From: a virus
Taxonomy: Duplodnaviria; Caudoviricetes
Length of the DNA: 37,056 nucleotides
Reading direction: 5' to 3' (one strand)
Virus record (IMG/VR): IMGVR_UViG_3300037784_000028
Coordinates: 1 to 37,056 of that record
Notes under the pieces: generated by a model
The model's input: the letters and a program-made list of their open reading frames with translations, nothing else
The model's database searches: none
What the model was told of the DNA's origin: nothing
Translations under genes and position numbers: made by a program
In this document: positions 9,192 to 18,194 of the stretch, one piece after another
Position numbering within the stretch: the stretch's first letter is position 1
Layout: every line of letters begins with the position of its first letter

Positions 9192-10054
9192 GCCAGACCC
9201 GGCAGATTCTGCCAGCCGTTCGGCTCCCGCTTGAACTTCTCAATGAATGTCACCTTGGGCAACTCGGTTGCCTCGGTGTTCCCGTCGATCCGCATAGTCT
9301 GGAATGGAGGGATGATGAAGTCGTTATTCGCGAACGGGTACAGCACCGTGCCGATTCGCCCCAAGTTCCCGTCCAGCGTCTCATCGAACGTAGGCCATTC
9401 GTTGGGGATGCCAAGATCCTCGGTCCAGCGGTAAGCCACACGGAACTCTGTAGCAGACCCCTGGTCGATTCCTTCGCACACAAACCGCAGATTCTTGCCC
9501 GCGATGGTGTGGATCTTGTCGGTCTGCCCGACGATGACCGACGTGAGATTGAACACGTCCTCAATCGTGGCGGACTCAGGGAAGGTGACGCCCGTTTCGA
9601 CGCGGTAGTACGGAGTCCGCTTGCGATACGGGATGCCTGCGGAGTAGTCCCCGTAGACCAACAGCGTAACAGGGACACCGTTCGCGTCCGTTGTGGTCAG
9701 GCCCGATCGGCGGAACAGGGGAATGTCGATGTCCTCATGATCGAACGACACATCTTTGCCGATGAAATCCTCGGCGTAGGTGTTGACGTTTGGCCCGGAA
9801 CCGCCGACGTAGGGGGCAGGCGAGTAGGTGACTTGGATCAACGAACCCTTACCACGCGGCGCTGCCGAGACATCGCGCGCAATGAGCGTTGTATCGTCCG
9901 GGTGGGGGTCACGGTATCCGGGGATGTTGGGCACTTGCAGCGCCACGTCAGGCGTAAGGCCCTCGACATTGAATGCCCGTGTGAGCGTGGGTACGCCGTC
10001 GCGCAGTGATCGCGTGCGGTAGGAGTAGAGTTCGATGACCTCACCAAGGGGCAT
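9188..10054 (-). CDS. Putative distal tail/hub protein
   Basis: Directly follows the tape-measure candidate; GGAGG RBS. Confidence 0.55.
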   Translation of the reverse strand: MPLGEVIELYSYRTRSLRDGVPTLTRAFNVEGLTPDVALQVPNIPGYRDPHPDDTTLIARDVSAAPRGKGSLIQVTYSPAPYVGGSGPNVNTYAEDFIGKDVSFDHEDIDIPLFRRSGLTTTDANGVPVTLLVYGDYSAGIPYRKRTPYYRVETGVTFPESATIEDVFNLTSVIVGQTDKIHTIAGKNLRFVCEGIDQGSATEFRVAYRWTEDLGIPNEWPTFDETLDGNLGRIGTVLYPFANNDFIIPPFQTMRIDGNTEATELPKVTFIEKFKREPNGWQNLPGLA

Positions 10055-11049
10055 TACTTCAACCTCCGAACGCCGGTGGAGACTTCCTTGAGGGCACGCG
10101 GTATGGCCTCAAGCGTGGCGACGAAATCGCCGCTGGTGATGGAACTCATCGCCTCCTGAATCTGGCGGATGCGCTCGGCGTTTCTGCGGTCGGCTTCCGC
10201 CTCTCGCTTTGCCTGGGCCTCGTCCGCGATTCGTTGTCGCTCTCGTTCGGCGGCAAGTTGCTTCTCTGTAATCAGATCCACATTCCGCAATGCCTGATCC
10301 ACTAGGCCCTCGGGGAGATTCACGCCGATCTCAGAGAACGTCTCCTCAATGATCCTCTTTTGGCGCTCAGCGTCCGCCTTCAGCTTCTGGTCGTCAGGGA
10401 GCAAGCTGATACGCTGTTGGTCAAGCAACTCGACAAGCTCACGGATCGCCGCCGCCTGCGTTCGCCTCGCCTCCAGTTCAACCTTGCTCGCCTTTTCCGC
10501 CGCCTGTTGGGTCCGAACAATCTGCGCCTCTAGCAACTTCTCCTGCTCGATTTGCTGAACCGTTGCCGCCAGCGCGTCTAGGCGGGATCTCTCAATCGTG
10601 TTGTTCTGGGCGTCGATCGCACGGAGTACCCGGAACGTGGATTCCTCAACCTGCTCGGTGCTCTTAACCGCCTCGGCTTCGTAGTCTTGAATGGCCCTGG
10701 TCAGGTCGTGGTATGCTCTGGTCTGCTGCTGGGACGCCTGCTGTGCTGCATCATGGCGGTTCTTGAGGAGTAAGAGCACGCCCGCCAAGCCCGTCACAGC
10801 GCCTGTGACCGCCGTGATCGCCCCTACCGTTGACGAGAGCGCCCCAGAGAACTTACGGATGCCCGCCGTGCTGTCCTCAATCTTTTTTCCGGCACGCTCA
10901 AACGCGCCGCCGATACGCTCCCCGGTGTTATCGGCTACGTTTCCAGCATCCTGAAACGTCTCCCTGATCTCTGGGCCTACCCTTTTCAGGTCCGATAGGT
11001 CGGCTTTTACGCCAACTGAGACTTCCGCTATTTCATTTGGGGACGCCAT
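10054..11049 (-). CDS. Short tape-measure-like protein (331 aa)
   Basis: IAEVSVGVKADLSDL N-terminus, Ala/Gly hydrophobic segment, long coiled coil; position after the tail tube. Confidence 0.7.
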   Translation of the reverse strand: MASPNEIAEVSVGVKADLSDLKRVGPEIRETFQDAGNVADNTGERIGGAFERAGKKIEDSTAGIRKFSGALSSTVGAITAVTGAVTGLAGVLLLLKNRHDAAQQASQQQTRAYHDLTRAIQDYEAEAVKSTEQVEESTFRVLRAIDAQNNTIERSRLDALAATVQQIEQEKLLEAQIVRTQQAAEKASKVELEARRTQAAAIRELVELLDQQRISLLPDDQKLKADAERQKRIIEETFSEIGVNLPEGLVDQALRNVDLITEKQLAAERERQRIADEAQAKREAEADRRNAERIRQIQEAMSSITSGDFVATLEAIPRALKEVSTGVRRLK

Positions 11050-11065
11050 TTGTTAGAATCCCCCC

Positions 11066-11383
11066 ATGAGCACCATGACCATGAAGCCAAAGAAAGCCGT
11101 GTTTGTGATTGGGGTACAGGACCGCAAGAGTGGCGAACGCCTCACCGTGGAAGTTCCCGCGCGGTCTGTGCATGAAGCCGAGGCAAAGGCGAGTGATGCG
11201 GGCTGGCTTGTGCTGGACCCGACGACCGAACCCGCTGCGCAGCCCACCGCACAAGAGGTGGACGCCAAGCTGAAAGAACGCGCCGTGATGTTCGGCGTTC
11301 TCAAGGCGCTCGGGATTGCTGCGCTCGCTGTCATCGGCCTTGTGATCCTCGGGAATATCGTGGTGTTCCTCGCCGCTCAGTAA
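11066..11383 (+). CDS. Moron-like membrane protein antisense to the tail operon
   Basis: C-terminal TM segment; TGtTAGAAT 6 nt upstream of the ATG. Confidence 0.7.
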   Translation: MSTMTMKPKKAVFVIGVQDRKSGERLTVEVPARSVHEAEAKASDAGWLVLDPTTEPAAQPTAQEVDAKLKERAVMFGVLKALGIAALAVIGLVILGNIVVFLAAQ

Positions 11384-12190
11384 TCACCCGATCGTCAACG
11401 CCCCCGTACCCTGGAAGTTCACGTTCACGGTCACCTGTGAGCCGATCGCGCTGCTGATCGTCCAACCGGTCTCAAACGCATTCCCCGAGTACGTCCGCGA
11501 ACCGTCCACCCGGATGCTGATCGCCGTCGCTTCGGGCGTTTCCAGATCGTCAGGGGTGCCCGCAGAGTCCACGTTGAACAGCGACGAATCGCCGTCAGTC
11601 GTCAGCACACCGGACACCACGAACGAGACCGTGACCAACCACCGATCGCCGACCTGACCATTGACGCTCACCCCCGTCACAACGATCGAACCCGCCAGCT
11701 CGTTATCGTTCGTGCTCTCGGTCGAGATACGGAACGTGGCCGAGCCGCTGGTACATGAGCTGATCGCCGTCGTGTCGTCAACCAGACACTCATACGAACC
11801 CGAGTAGGTGTAGAGGCCCGGCAGGTAGCTCATCCACGTCGGGGCCGTGCTCGCCTGTGCGGTCACGTCCAGCGCCGCGATGGACGCTGTGATCGTCCAC
11901 CCGCGAACATTCGTCGCGTACCCGCTCCCGAACGTGACCAGCCCCAGATGTCCCGATGCCGCCCCGCCAGCCGGGAACCGCCCACCGAACGAACCCGACC
12001 ACGATTGCAGGCCCGCGATGTTCGTGGCCGCAACCGGGGCGGTCGATGCAAACGGGGTGGTGTCAAACGACTCACCCGCGATCGTCAGGGACGCGGAATA
12101 CGGGTCAGTCCCCGAGTTAATGAGGTAGTGCAGGGGCTTCCCCGTGTCACTCGACGAGATGAGGCCCGTCAACCCTACTGTTGGTGCCAT
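11384..12190 (-). CDS. Major tail tube protein with internal duplication
   Basis: DTT...AGLQSWSGS and YSGNA..TG....FQGTGALT tube motifs, each present twice. Confidence 0.8.
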   Translation of the reverse strand: MAPTVGLTGLISSSDTGKPLHYLINSGTDPYSASLTIAGESFDTTPFASTAPVAATNIAGLQSWSGSFGGRFPAGGAASGHLGLVTFGSGYATNVRGWTITASIAALDVTAQASTAPTWMSYLPGLYTYSGSYECLVDDTTAISSCTSGSATFRISTESTNDNELAGSIVVTGVSVNGQVGDRWLVTVSFVVSGVLTTDGDSSLFNVDSAGTPDDLETPEATAISIRVDGSRTYSGNAFETGWTISSAIGSQVTVNVNFQGTGALTIG

Positions 12191-12192
12191 CG

Positions 12193-12648
12193 CTATGCCT
12201 CCACGTTCTCAATCGAGAATGTCATCCAGTAATGCAGGCGCTCCGCGTCGTGGGCCGTCCCGTAGGATTCGGGCACCATCGTTGCGCTCGCCATGTCCGT
12301 AACGCCCGTCATCTTCCAGCGGGCAAGCCCATACGTCGGCGCGTTGTCGGTCCCCTCCGCGTCGCCGAAGATGTAGCCCATGATCGTTTTCGAGTCGTCG
12401 TCGCCATCCTGCCGGTTCGCGTACACGCTGACCTGATAGAGCGACGATGCGATGTTCGTGCGGAACGTCGTGTTCTCAAACGTCCCCGAGATATGGGTGA
12501 CGACCACATACGGCTTATCACCGGGCATGAGCTGGGTGTCATCCGGGGCGACCGTGTTGTAGATGCCCTGCGTCGCCGCCACTAGAGCAACGTGCGATTT
12601 GAGCCGCGTGATGATCGGCCCCTCGGGGGCAAACGGGTTGAAGCTCAT
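12193..12648 (-). CDS. Tail terminator (DUF3168-like)
   Basis: L..HVALVA...IY..AP...PYVV...YQVSVYA pattern; synteny. Confidence 0.75.
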   Translation of the reverse strand: MSFNPFAPEGPIITRLKSHVALVAATQGIYNTVAPDDTQLMPGDKPYVVVTHISGTFENTTFRTNIASSLYQVSVYANRQDGDDDSKTIMGYIFGDAEGTDNAPTYGLARWKMTGVTDMASATMVPESYGTAHDAERLHYWMTFSIENVEA

Positions 12649-13187
12649 GCAGCACCCCCAGCCGCCTTCATCAACCGGCGGACTCGGGCTGCAAACACCC
12701 GCCCGAGAGCCGCCTTGTTATTCCGCAGCGCGGGCCGCATGAACGGGCGTGCGGGCATGTTGATAGCGTGTGGTTTCGTTCGCTTCATCCACGGCTTGGC
12801 GTTCTCATTCCGCACCGGCTGGAACCGGCCGCCAACCATGATGTAGGCCGTGCCGCCAGGGTGGTTAATCACGCCCCCGAACTCATGGATCTTCGCATAC
12901 TCCACATTCGTGCCCGCCGCCCATCGCAGCGTGCCCACACGCGCGTTCGTGAACGAGTTGGCGAGCCGACCTGTTTTCACGCTCGGCGGTGTCCCCGGCG
13001 CCGAAGGCGGCTGAAGCTTGGTCGGCGTGTCGTTGGGCACACCGCCCGCACCACTCAGGTACATTGACTCCGTGATCTTGCCCGCAAGGAACTGAGTAGC
13101 CGCGTCAAGCCCGCCACCACTGCCGTCCACGGCCTCCGTGAGGCGTGCCAGGAACGCGCCTGAGTTGTCAGTGATCGTGACACCCAT
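12645..13187 (-). CDS. Virion morphogenesis/tail completion protein (Mu gpG / HK97 gp10-like)
   Basis: TGRLANS, GTNVEYAKIHEFGG and MPARPFMRPA motifs. Confidence 0.88.
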   Translation of the reverse strand: MGVTITDNSGAFLARLTEAVDGSGGGLDAATQFLAGKITESMYLSGAGGVPNDTPTKLQPPSAPGTPPSVKTGRLANSFTNARVGTLRWAAGTNVEYAKIHEFGGVINHPGGTAYIMVGGRFQPVRNENAKPWMKRTKPHAINMPARPFMRPALRNNKAALGRVFAARVRRLMKAAGGAA

Positions 13188-13561
13188 CAGCGGTCCTCTT
13201 TCTTGAGAATCGCCGTCTGCTCGCCGCTCACGCCCTCTCGACGGCCCGCACCGAGCGTCATGTACTGCACGCCACCGACCGTGATGTACTGGTTCTTGCC
13301 GATCAGGAGATCCGAGCCGTCCGCCTTGCTCACCGGACAGATCAGACGGAACGCGGTCTCATCCACGACGTAGCCATACTTGAGCGCCTGACCCGGCGTG
13401 ATCGTGTCGAGGCGGCAGGGGATGTTGGAGTCGGTCGATCCCAGCGTCCGCGTCGGCATACCCGAACTGGACAGCGTGCCATAGTCGGGCGTGCTGATCG
13501 TCGCCGTCGTGTTGTACAGCGACAACGGCGCGGGCGGTGTCGGCGGTCCCAGCGTGCTCAT
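13187..13561 (-). CDS. Head closure/stopper protein
   Basis: Synteny; IPCRL motif. Confidence 0.6.
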   Translation of the reverse strand: MSTLGPPTPPAPLSLYNTTATISTPDYGTLSSSGMPTRTLGSTDSNIPCRLDTITPGQALKYGYVVDETAFRLICPVSKADGSDLLIGKNQYITVGGVQYMTLGAGRREGVSGEQTAILKKEDR

Positions 13562-14160
13562 ACGCTCACCCGCTTCCAAGGACGAATCAGGTCTGCTTTC
13601 ACCTTCTCCGCATCAGTCGGGGTCATCCGGGTACGCTGCACAACACCGTCCGCCTGCTGCTGAATCAACGCGCTGTGGCCGCGATCGTGCAGGGCGATAT
13701 CAACGAGCTGGTACATGAGCGACACAAGGTCGTCAGGGTGCTCACCGCTGCCATAGCCCGCCGTGTACGTCACAAGCACGTTGCCGTGGCCTCGAGGAAA
13801 GCACGGCCCGCTGTAGCCGTCCCAGGGCGACACAGCGTCCCAGCCGGTGCTCTTGAGCCGGTGGATGTACTGCGAGTCAACCAGCCGGTAATCCCCGCTG
13901 TCCAGCGTCGTCGTGGTGCCGTCCGAGGCAAGGATCTTGACCGCCGTCAGCGTCGAGACGGGCCGGTTATCAAGCCACAGCTCGCCGGTGCCGGTGCCGT
14001 CGTATGCCTCATCCGTGTACGTCGCCTCGTCAAACGCACGCCCGCACTGCCGCTCCAACCACGCCTGCTGTTGCGTGATGATGTCCGCAATGATCGTGTC
14101 ATAGTCGGAACCGGGCACGCCCCGGCTGGTCTTGTAGTTGGATGCGGTGGTGATGGGCAC
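13558..14160 (-). CDS. Head-tail adaptor (gp6-like)
   Basis: LERQCGRAF..TYT-E.YDG, VLVTYTAGY and PDDL motifs. Confidence 0.85.
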   Translation of the reverse strand: MPITTASNYKTSRGVPGSDYDTIIADIITQQQAWLERQCGRAFDEATYTDEAYDGTGTGELWLDNRPVSTLTAVKILASDGTTTTLDSGDYRLVDSQYIHRLKSTGWDAVSPWDGYSGPCFPRGHGNVLVTYTAGYGSGEHPDDLVSLMYQLVDIALHDRGHSALIQQQADGVVQRTRMTPTDAEKVKADLIRPWKRVSV

Positions 14161-14163
14161 GGT

Positions 14164-14346
14164 TTACCCCGCCGCGCTCAGCGACTTGTTCTCAAGGTTC
14201 TTGCGGGTGCCACGCTTGGCTTTGGGGGATTCCACAACCTCCACAGCGTCACCGTCTTTCAGGAGTTCTTTCGCGCGGGTCGGGGATACCTCGATCACCG
14301 ATCCTGGCTTGAATCCAAACGCTTCGATTTTCAGTTTGATCTTCAT
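14164..14346 (-). CDS. Small capsid-associated protein
   Basis: PGSVIEV...RAKELLKDGDA pattern, common after capsid genes. Confidence 0.6.
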   Translation of the reverse strand: MKIKLKIEAFGFKPGSVIEVSPTRAKELLKDGDAVEVVESPKAKRGTRKNLENKSLSAAG

Positions 14347-14381
14347 AAAACACCCCCGCCCGTTTCCGAGCGGGTGGTGGT
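14347..14381 (-). terminator. Hairpin/terminator after the capsid-decoration gene
   Basis: - strand cccgctcg-GAAA-cgggcggg followed by ggtgtttt. Confidence 0.5.
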
Positions 14382-14386
14382 TGGGG

Positions 14387-14821
14387 TTATTCGATAATCA
14401 CCTCAGCCGCGTAACCGCGCTCCGTTGCCGAGTTCGGGAACTCAGCACCACGCGAGAGTTGCACGACCGCGCCGATCAGCATCGCGCCGACGTTGTTCTC
14501 GGTTGCAACCAGCTTGAGGTACCGCTTCCGGTTCCCTCCAAGCGGAAGCTTGATCGAGAGCATGTCGCCGTCGCTATCAGTGCTCGGCAGGTCGCCGCCA
14601 CTGAACGCCGCGCCAGTGATGTCCGTTGCGGTGTTGCCGTCAGACGCGTCGTCCTCCTGCAACTTCAGCGCCGTCAGCGTTCCCGCTGAAGCGCCGATCG
14701 AAATCTGGACATCGGCATACGACCACCCCCGAGTATCAACGATGATCGAGGTTGCCGTGGCGTTGTTGAGTGACACGGGCCGGATAATCTGAACTGCCTT
14801 GACATTCTGTGCTTCAACCAT
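14387..14821 (-). CDS. Putative head decoration/minor capsid protein
   Basis: IVDTRG...KLQEDD...DITGA...KRYLKL pattern; follows the MCP. Confidence 0.7.
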   Translation of the reverse strand: MVEAQNVKAVQIIRPVSLNNATATSIIVDTRGWSYADVQISIGASAGTLTALKLQEDDASDGNTATDITGAAFSGGDLPSTDSDGDMLSIKLPLGGNRKRYLKLVATENNVGAMLIGAVVQLSRGAEFPNSATERGYAAEVIIE

Positions 14822-14833
14822 TTCAGATTCTCC

Positions 14834-16369
14834 TTAGTCCTTGAGTGCGATGACCTCGGAGGAAGTGCCCCCGACATCGTGGAAGTTGAAGTCGATACGC
14901 TCGGAGGCCATCCATGCAACCTCGTCGGTATCCCAGTAACGCTGGTCGGTGTACTTGAGGGCCTCGGAGCCGCTCACCACACCGAACTTGGAGCCGCGCC
15001 CACCGTCACCGATGTACGCAACCAACTGATCCGCCGAGTAGGTGCTGGGCAGGACTTCACTCAGGACGACAGGAATGCCGTCCCAGCCGTATCCGCCACC
15101 CATGCCGTCAAGCAGCGCACCGCCGACGTTGCCGCCTGCCGAGAGAGCGAAGCGACGGAGCACGGCCTGATAGAACGCGGTCGAACACGCGATCTTCACA
15201 GTGCCCTTCATCCATGCCTCTGCGGGAACCTTGGCGACCCACGCCTGGAGCTTGGGAATCGTGTAGTCTTCCCAGCCCGACGAAAGCGCCGCGTCGTAGG
15301 TAGAGTCGGAGTCCACGTTCCCAGCGAGACCGCCGTGGGTGCCGTGGCTCCCGAGGAAGTATTCCTGATCCTCGAACAGCGCCATGCCCGCTGCGGACGA
15401 CTGGGCAACCTCATTGCCAAGCTCGAACGCGGAATCGTTGAGCATCTCCATTGAGACGCGAGCGATACCCGCCGCCTTCTTCGCATCGAGGTGAACATTG
15501 TCGTATGCGGGGTTGGTCTCTGACGGAGCAGATCCCTCGCTCACATATGCAAAGCTCATGTTCGATGTCTTGCGCTTGGTGTCGTAAGAGCCGTCAGGCA
15601 TGCTCGTGATCGGGCAGAACTGGCGAGCAGCGCCATAAGTGTGCAGAAGGTCGATGATCTGCGGGGCAGTCTCCGAGACGATGAGCGTGCCCGCCCATGC
15701 GTTGTCGGTGGTCACCCCGGTTGCCTTGGTGCCGATGATCGAGCAGTCGTTGCGGTACTGATCTCGGCTGTACGGAACGCCGTGACCACCCTTTGAGATC
15801 ATCAGGCGAGCCGCTGAACCGAAATACTCCGCCTCGTCCGCAGACCCAAAGACGACCCGCTTGCCCCGATACAGCGTGCCGTTCTTGGCCGCGTTATCGA
15901 ACGCCTTGCGTCGTGCCCGCTCTGCGCTGACGTGTACAGCCGGTGCACCCTTGGTGCTCGCCTCGTGGATCGACTTCATGAACGTGGGTTCTTTGATCCC
16001 GAGTTCACGAGTCAGCTTCTGGAGCTGCTTGTACTTCTTGGACTTGGCCTTGCCTTCGTCCTCGTCCTCGTCAAGCTCCTTGGTTTCCTCGTCCTCTGGG
16101 TCGGCCTCAGCCGTGCCCATGCCGTCGTCAACCACGACTTCCTCGCCAGCGTCGGCGATAACACGCACGGTCTTACGGCCCCAAGCCGCCTTCACCGCCG
16201 CCTCGTCAACCTCGCCGTCCTTCACAAGGTCGGGAATGTCGTAGCGCTCCGCGACCGTCTTGACGAACGCAACCGCGTCGTCAGCCGAATCGCCCTCAAA
16301 GTCTCGAATGTTCAGGTCTTTCGCCCACGCCTTGAAGTTGTGGCGCAGGTTCTTTTGGTTCCACCCCAT
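14834..16369 (-). CDS. Major capsid protein, HK97 fold, with a long N-terminal (scaffold/delta-like) region
   Basis: YVSEG..PSE, VHLDAKK...VSMEMLNDS and GIPVV motifs; AAAGGAG RBS before ATG 16369. Confidence 0.92.
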   Translation of the reverse strand: MGWNQKNLRHNFKAWAKDLNIRDFEGDSADDAVAFVKTVAERYDIPDLVKDGEVDEAAVKAAWGRKTVRVIADAGEEVVVDDGMGTAEADPEDEETKELDEDEDEGKAKSKKYKQLQKLTRELGIKEPTFMKSIHEASTKGAPAVHVSAERARRKAFDNAAKNGTLYRGKRVVFGSADEAEYFGSAARLMISKGGHGVPYSRDQYRNDCSIIGTKATGVTTDNAWAGTLIVSETAPQIIDLLHTYGAARQFCPITSMPDGSYDTKRKTSNMSFAYVSEGSAPSETNPAYDNVHLDAKKAAGIARVSMEMLNDSAFELGNEVAQSSAAGMALFEDQEYFLGSHGTHGGLAGNVDSDSTYDAALSSGWEDYTIPKLQAWVAKVPAEAWMKGTVKIACSTAFYQAVLRRFALSAGGNVGGALLDGMGGGYGWDGIPVVLSEVLPSTYSADQLVAYIGDGGRGSKFGVVSGSEALKYTDQRYWDTDEVAWMASERIDFNFHDVGGTSSEVIALKD

Positions 16370-16717
16370 CGCATAGCTCCTTTGGGAAGTGGTTTCCATG
16401 GGAAAACACAACCGTCCGGGCAACGCGTTTGGAATCTGGGGCCTTCGGTGCTGGCCTGCACTTCGGGCGCGATCATCCGCAGGGGAAGCCGTTCAGTTTG
16501 ACAAACCGAAGCGACGCTGTGAGCGACGATTCGGGGTGTGGCCTCTAGGTCTCCATTTATTCCCCGGCTTGGGAGACTCCACGCGTGCCGGGCAAGATGT
16601 TCCCGATGTCAGGGCCACTGGGGAACCAACGCTTTGTGGCCTTTCGGCCAATCGGCTACGCCCCTCCACAGACCGCAGCCGCGTGAGTTCGATGAACCAA
16701 GCACGAACCCCATCAGT
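16370..16717 (-). ncRNA. Predicted structured 5' leader RNA of the capsid gene
   Basis: About 8 stems, G-U pairs on the - strand, GAAA tetraloop; lies between a promoter and the MCP RBS. Confidence 0.55.
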
Positions 16718-16723
16718 TGCCGT

Positions 16724-16752
16724 ATTGTCCCCGAACCCTCTTGTGGTGTCAA
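16724..16752 (-). promoter_or_regulatory. Sigma70-like promoter for the capsid/tail operon
   Basis: TTGACA-N17-GACAAT on the - strand. Confidence 0.65.
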
Positions 16753-16834
16753 CAGGATTTATGCAATATCTTGTGTGCATAAGCGAGATTTATGACGCGA
16801 GACCGGCAAACCACCAGGTTCAGGGGTGAGACGC

Positions 16835-16880
16835 ATCGGAAGCGATCGGAGCCAATCGGAAGGAATCGGGTATGATCCGA
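16835..16880 (+). repeat. Five ATC(G/C)G(A/G) hexamers at exact 10-bp period
   Basis: Starts at 16835, 16845, 16855, 16865 and 16875. Confidence 0.8.
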
Positions 16881-16882
16881 GC

Positions 16883-17167
16883 ATGAACACCGCACTTGAC
16901 ACCAAGCCCGAGGTCACGGTCACGCAGTCTGACCAGTTGTATTTCGACGTTGGCCTGACCATGACCCGCATCAAGGCGAGAGACCCTGATCGGGGCTGGT
17001 ACACCATCACGCACCAGCCCGGCACACTGACCAACGCAGGCTTATCTGAGGCGATGAGCCGGTATAACTTCGCACACCGGATCGCATGGGGCCTCCCGGC
17101 ACTCAGGCGTGTTCGGCTGGACACGATGGGACGAGTCGTGCCCACCCCCATTGCGGATCGGGTATGA
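16883..17167 (+). CDS. Hypothetical protein (antisense moron, leaderless)
   Basis: TATGAT 6 nt before the ATG. Confidence 0.6.
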   Translation: MNTALDTKPEVTVTQSDQLYFDVGLTMTRIKARDPDRGWYTITHQPGTLTNAGLSEAMSRYNFAHRIAWGLPALRRVRLDTMGRVVPTPIADRV

Positions 17168-17173
17168 TGGGGT

Positions 17174-17497
17174 ATGGTCAACTTCCTCAACAGTCTCACG
17201 CAGCAATCGGTCTGCTGGTACATCAGCGTCAACGACCACAAGTCCATCTACATGGACCTTGAGCGGTACCTAGATCAATCCCAAGACTTTGAGTGGTGCG
17301 ACGACGGGGCACGTGAGCGGTGTATCGAAAAGGACGTGCTAGTCACGCTAAGGGTCTACCCCACAACGCCGGTAGGGTTCGTCGAGATCGCGGGCGATAC
17401 GCTGGAGGCAGTTTGCGCGGCGATGCAATCCGCCCTCACCCCACCGACCCTCACTCATAAACCTTCACCACAGACCGACGCGGAGCAGGCGAACTGA
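17174..17497 (+). CDS. Hypothetical protein (antisense moron; YPTTPVGF motif)
   Basis: TATGAT 5 nt before the ATG; protein-like composition. Confidence 0.7.
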   Translation: MVNFLNSLTQQSVCWYISVNDHKSIYMDLERYLDQSQDFEWCDDGARERCIEKDVLVTLRVYPTTPVGFVEIAGDTLEAVCAAMQSALTPPTLTHKPSPQTDAEQAN

Positions 17498-18194
17498 CCG
17501 CGTGCATCTTCCGCCTTGGCGTGATGGGCATACCCAGCAAGCTCGCCGACTCACGGTCAATCAGGCCCTTCGTCACAAGCCGGTCAACCGCGTCAAGCAT
17601 GTCCGCGGACTTGCCCTCGGTCATCGCCATCGACTGACACGCCACGTTGCAGGGCAGGGCCGTGACGCTCAGCTCGAACCAGTCCCATTCACGCACGACC
17701 GAATGAGGGGTGGACCCGTCCGCCGACTTGAACCGCTTCCGCTCATCCTCGGTCGGCGCCCCGTAGTCCTTGGCGACGAAGCCGATGGATACCCCGATCT
17801 GGCCCGTTTCCTCAACGATCCGCATGGCCGCGTTGCCCAGCGGGTTGTCGTGCAGGTGCATCTTCACCCGCCACGCCTTGTGGTCGGTGTCGCTCGGGTA
17901 CTTGTATAGGTGTCGGAGCACGCCGACGACGTTGCCCAGGTCATACACGTGGTCCGCGAATATCTGCTTGTTCCGCTGGAAGTACGCGGTATTCGCGCCG
18001 CCCGGAATCACGACCTCGTTATCCAGGTCGATGTCATCGGTGTTGGCGATCACCTCAAGGTGGCGAGCACGGTTGTCGTCGCTCTTGACGATGATCTGCG
18101 CACCCTTGCCGAATGAGGAAACCACGCCAACGCGGGCGTCGTCGTCAATCCCAGGGTGCCCCTTGAGGCGGTGGAGGATGTTGGTTGCGTTCAT
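17451..18194 (-). CDS. HK97-family prohead protease
   Basis: DLDNEVV, FADH, SIGF and ELSVTALPCN motifs. Confidence 0.9.
   Translation of the reverse strand: MNATNILHRLKGHPGIDDDARVGVVSSFGKGAQIIVKSDDNRARHLEVIANTDDIDLDNEVVIPGGANTAYFQRNKQIFADHVYDLGNVVGVLRHLYKYPSDTDHKAWRVKMHLHDNPLGNAAMRIVEETGQIGVSIGFVAKDYGAPTEDERKRFKSADGSTPHSVVREWDWFELSVTALPCNVACQSMAMTEGKSADMLDAVDRLVTKGLIDRESASLLGMPITPRRKMHAVSSPAPRRSVVKVYE

Noticed and set aside
11050-11383. Tail chaperone with programmed frameshift on the - strand
   Set aside because: The - strand ORFs here are not protein-like and no slippery site was found; the + strand gene is more credible
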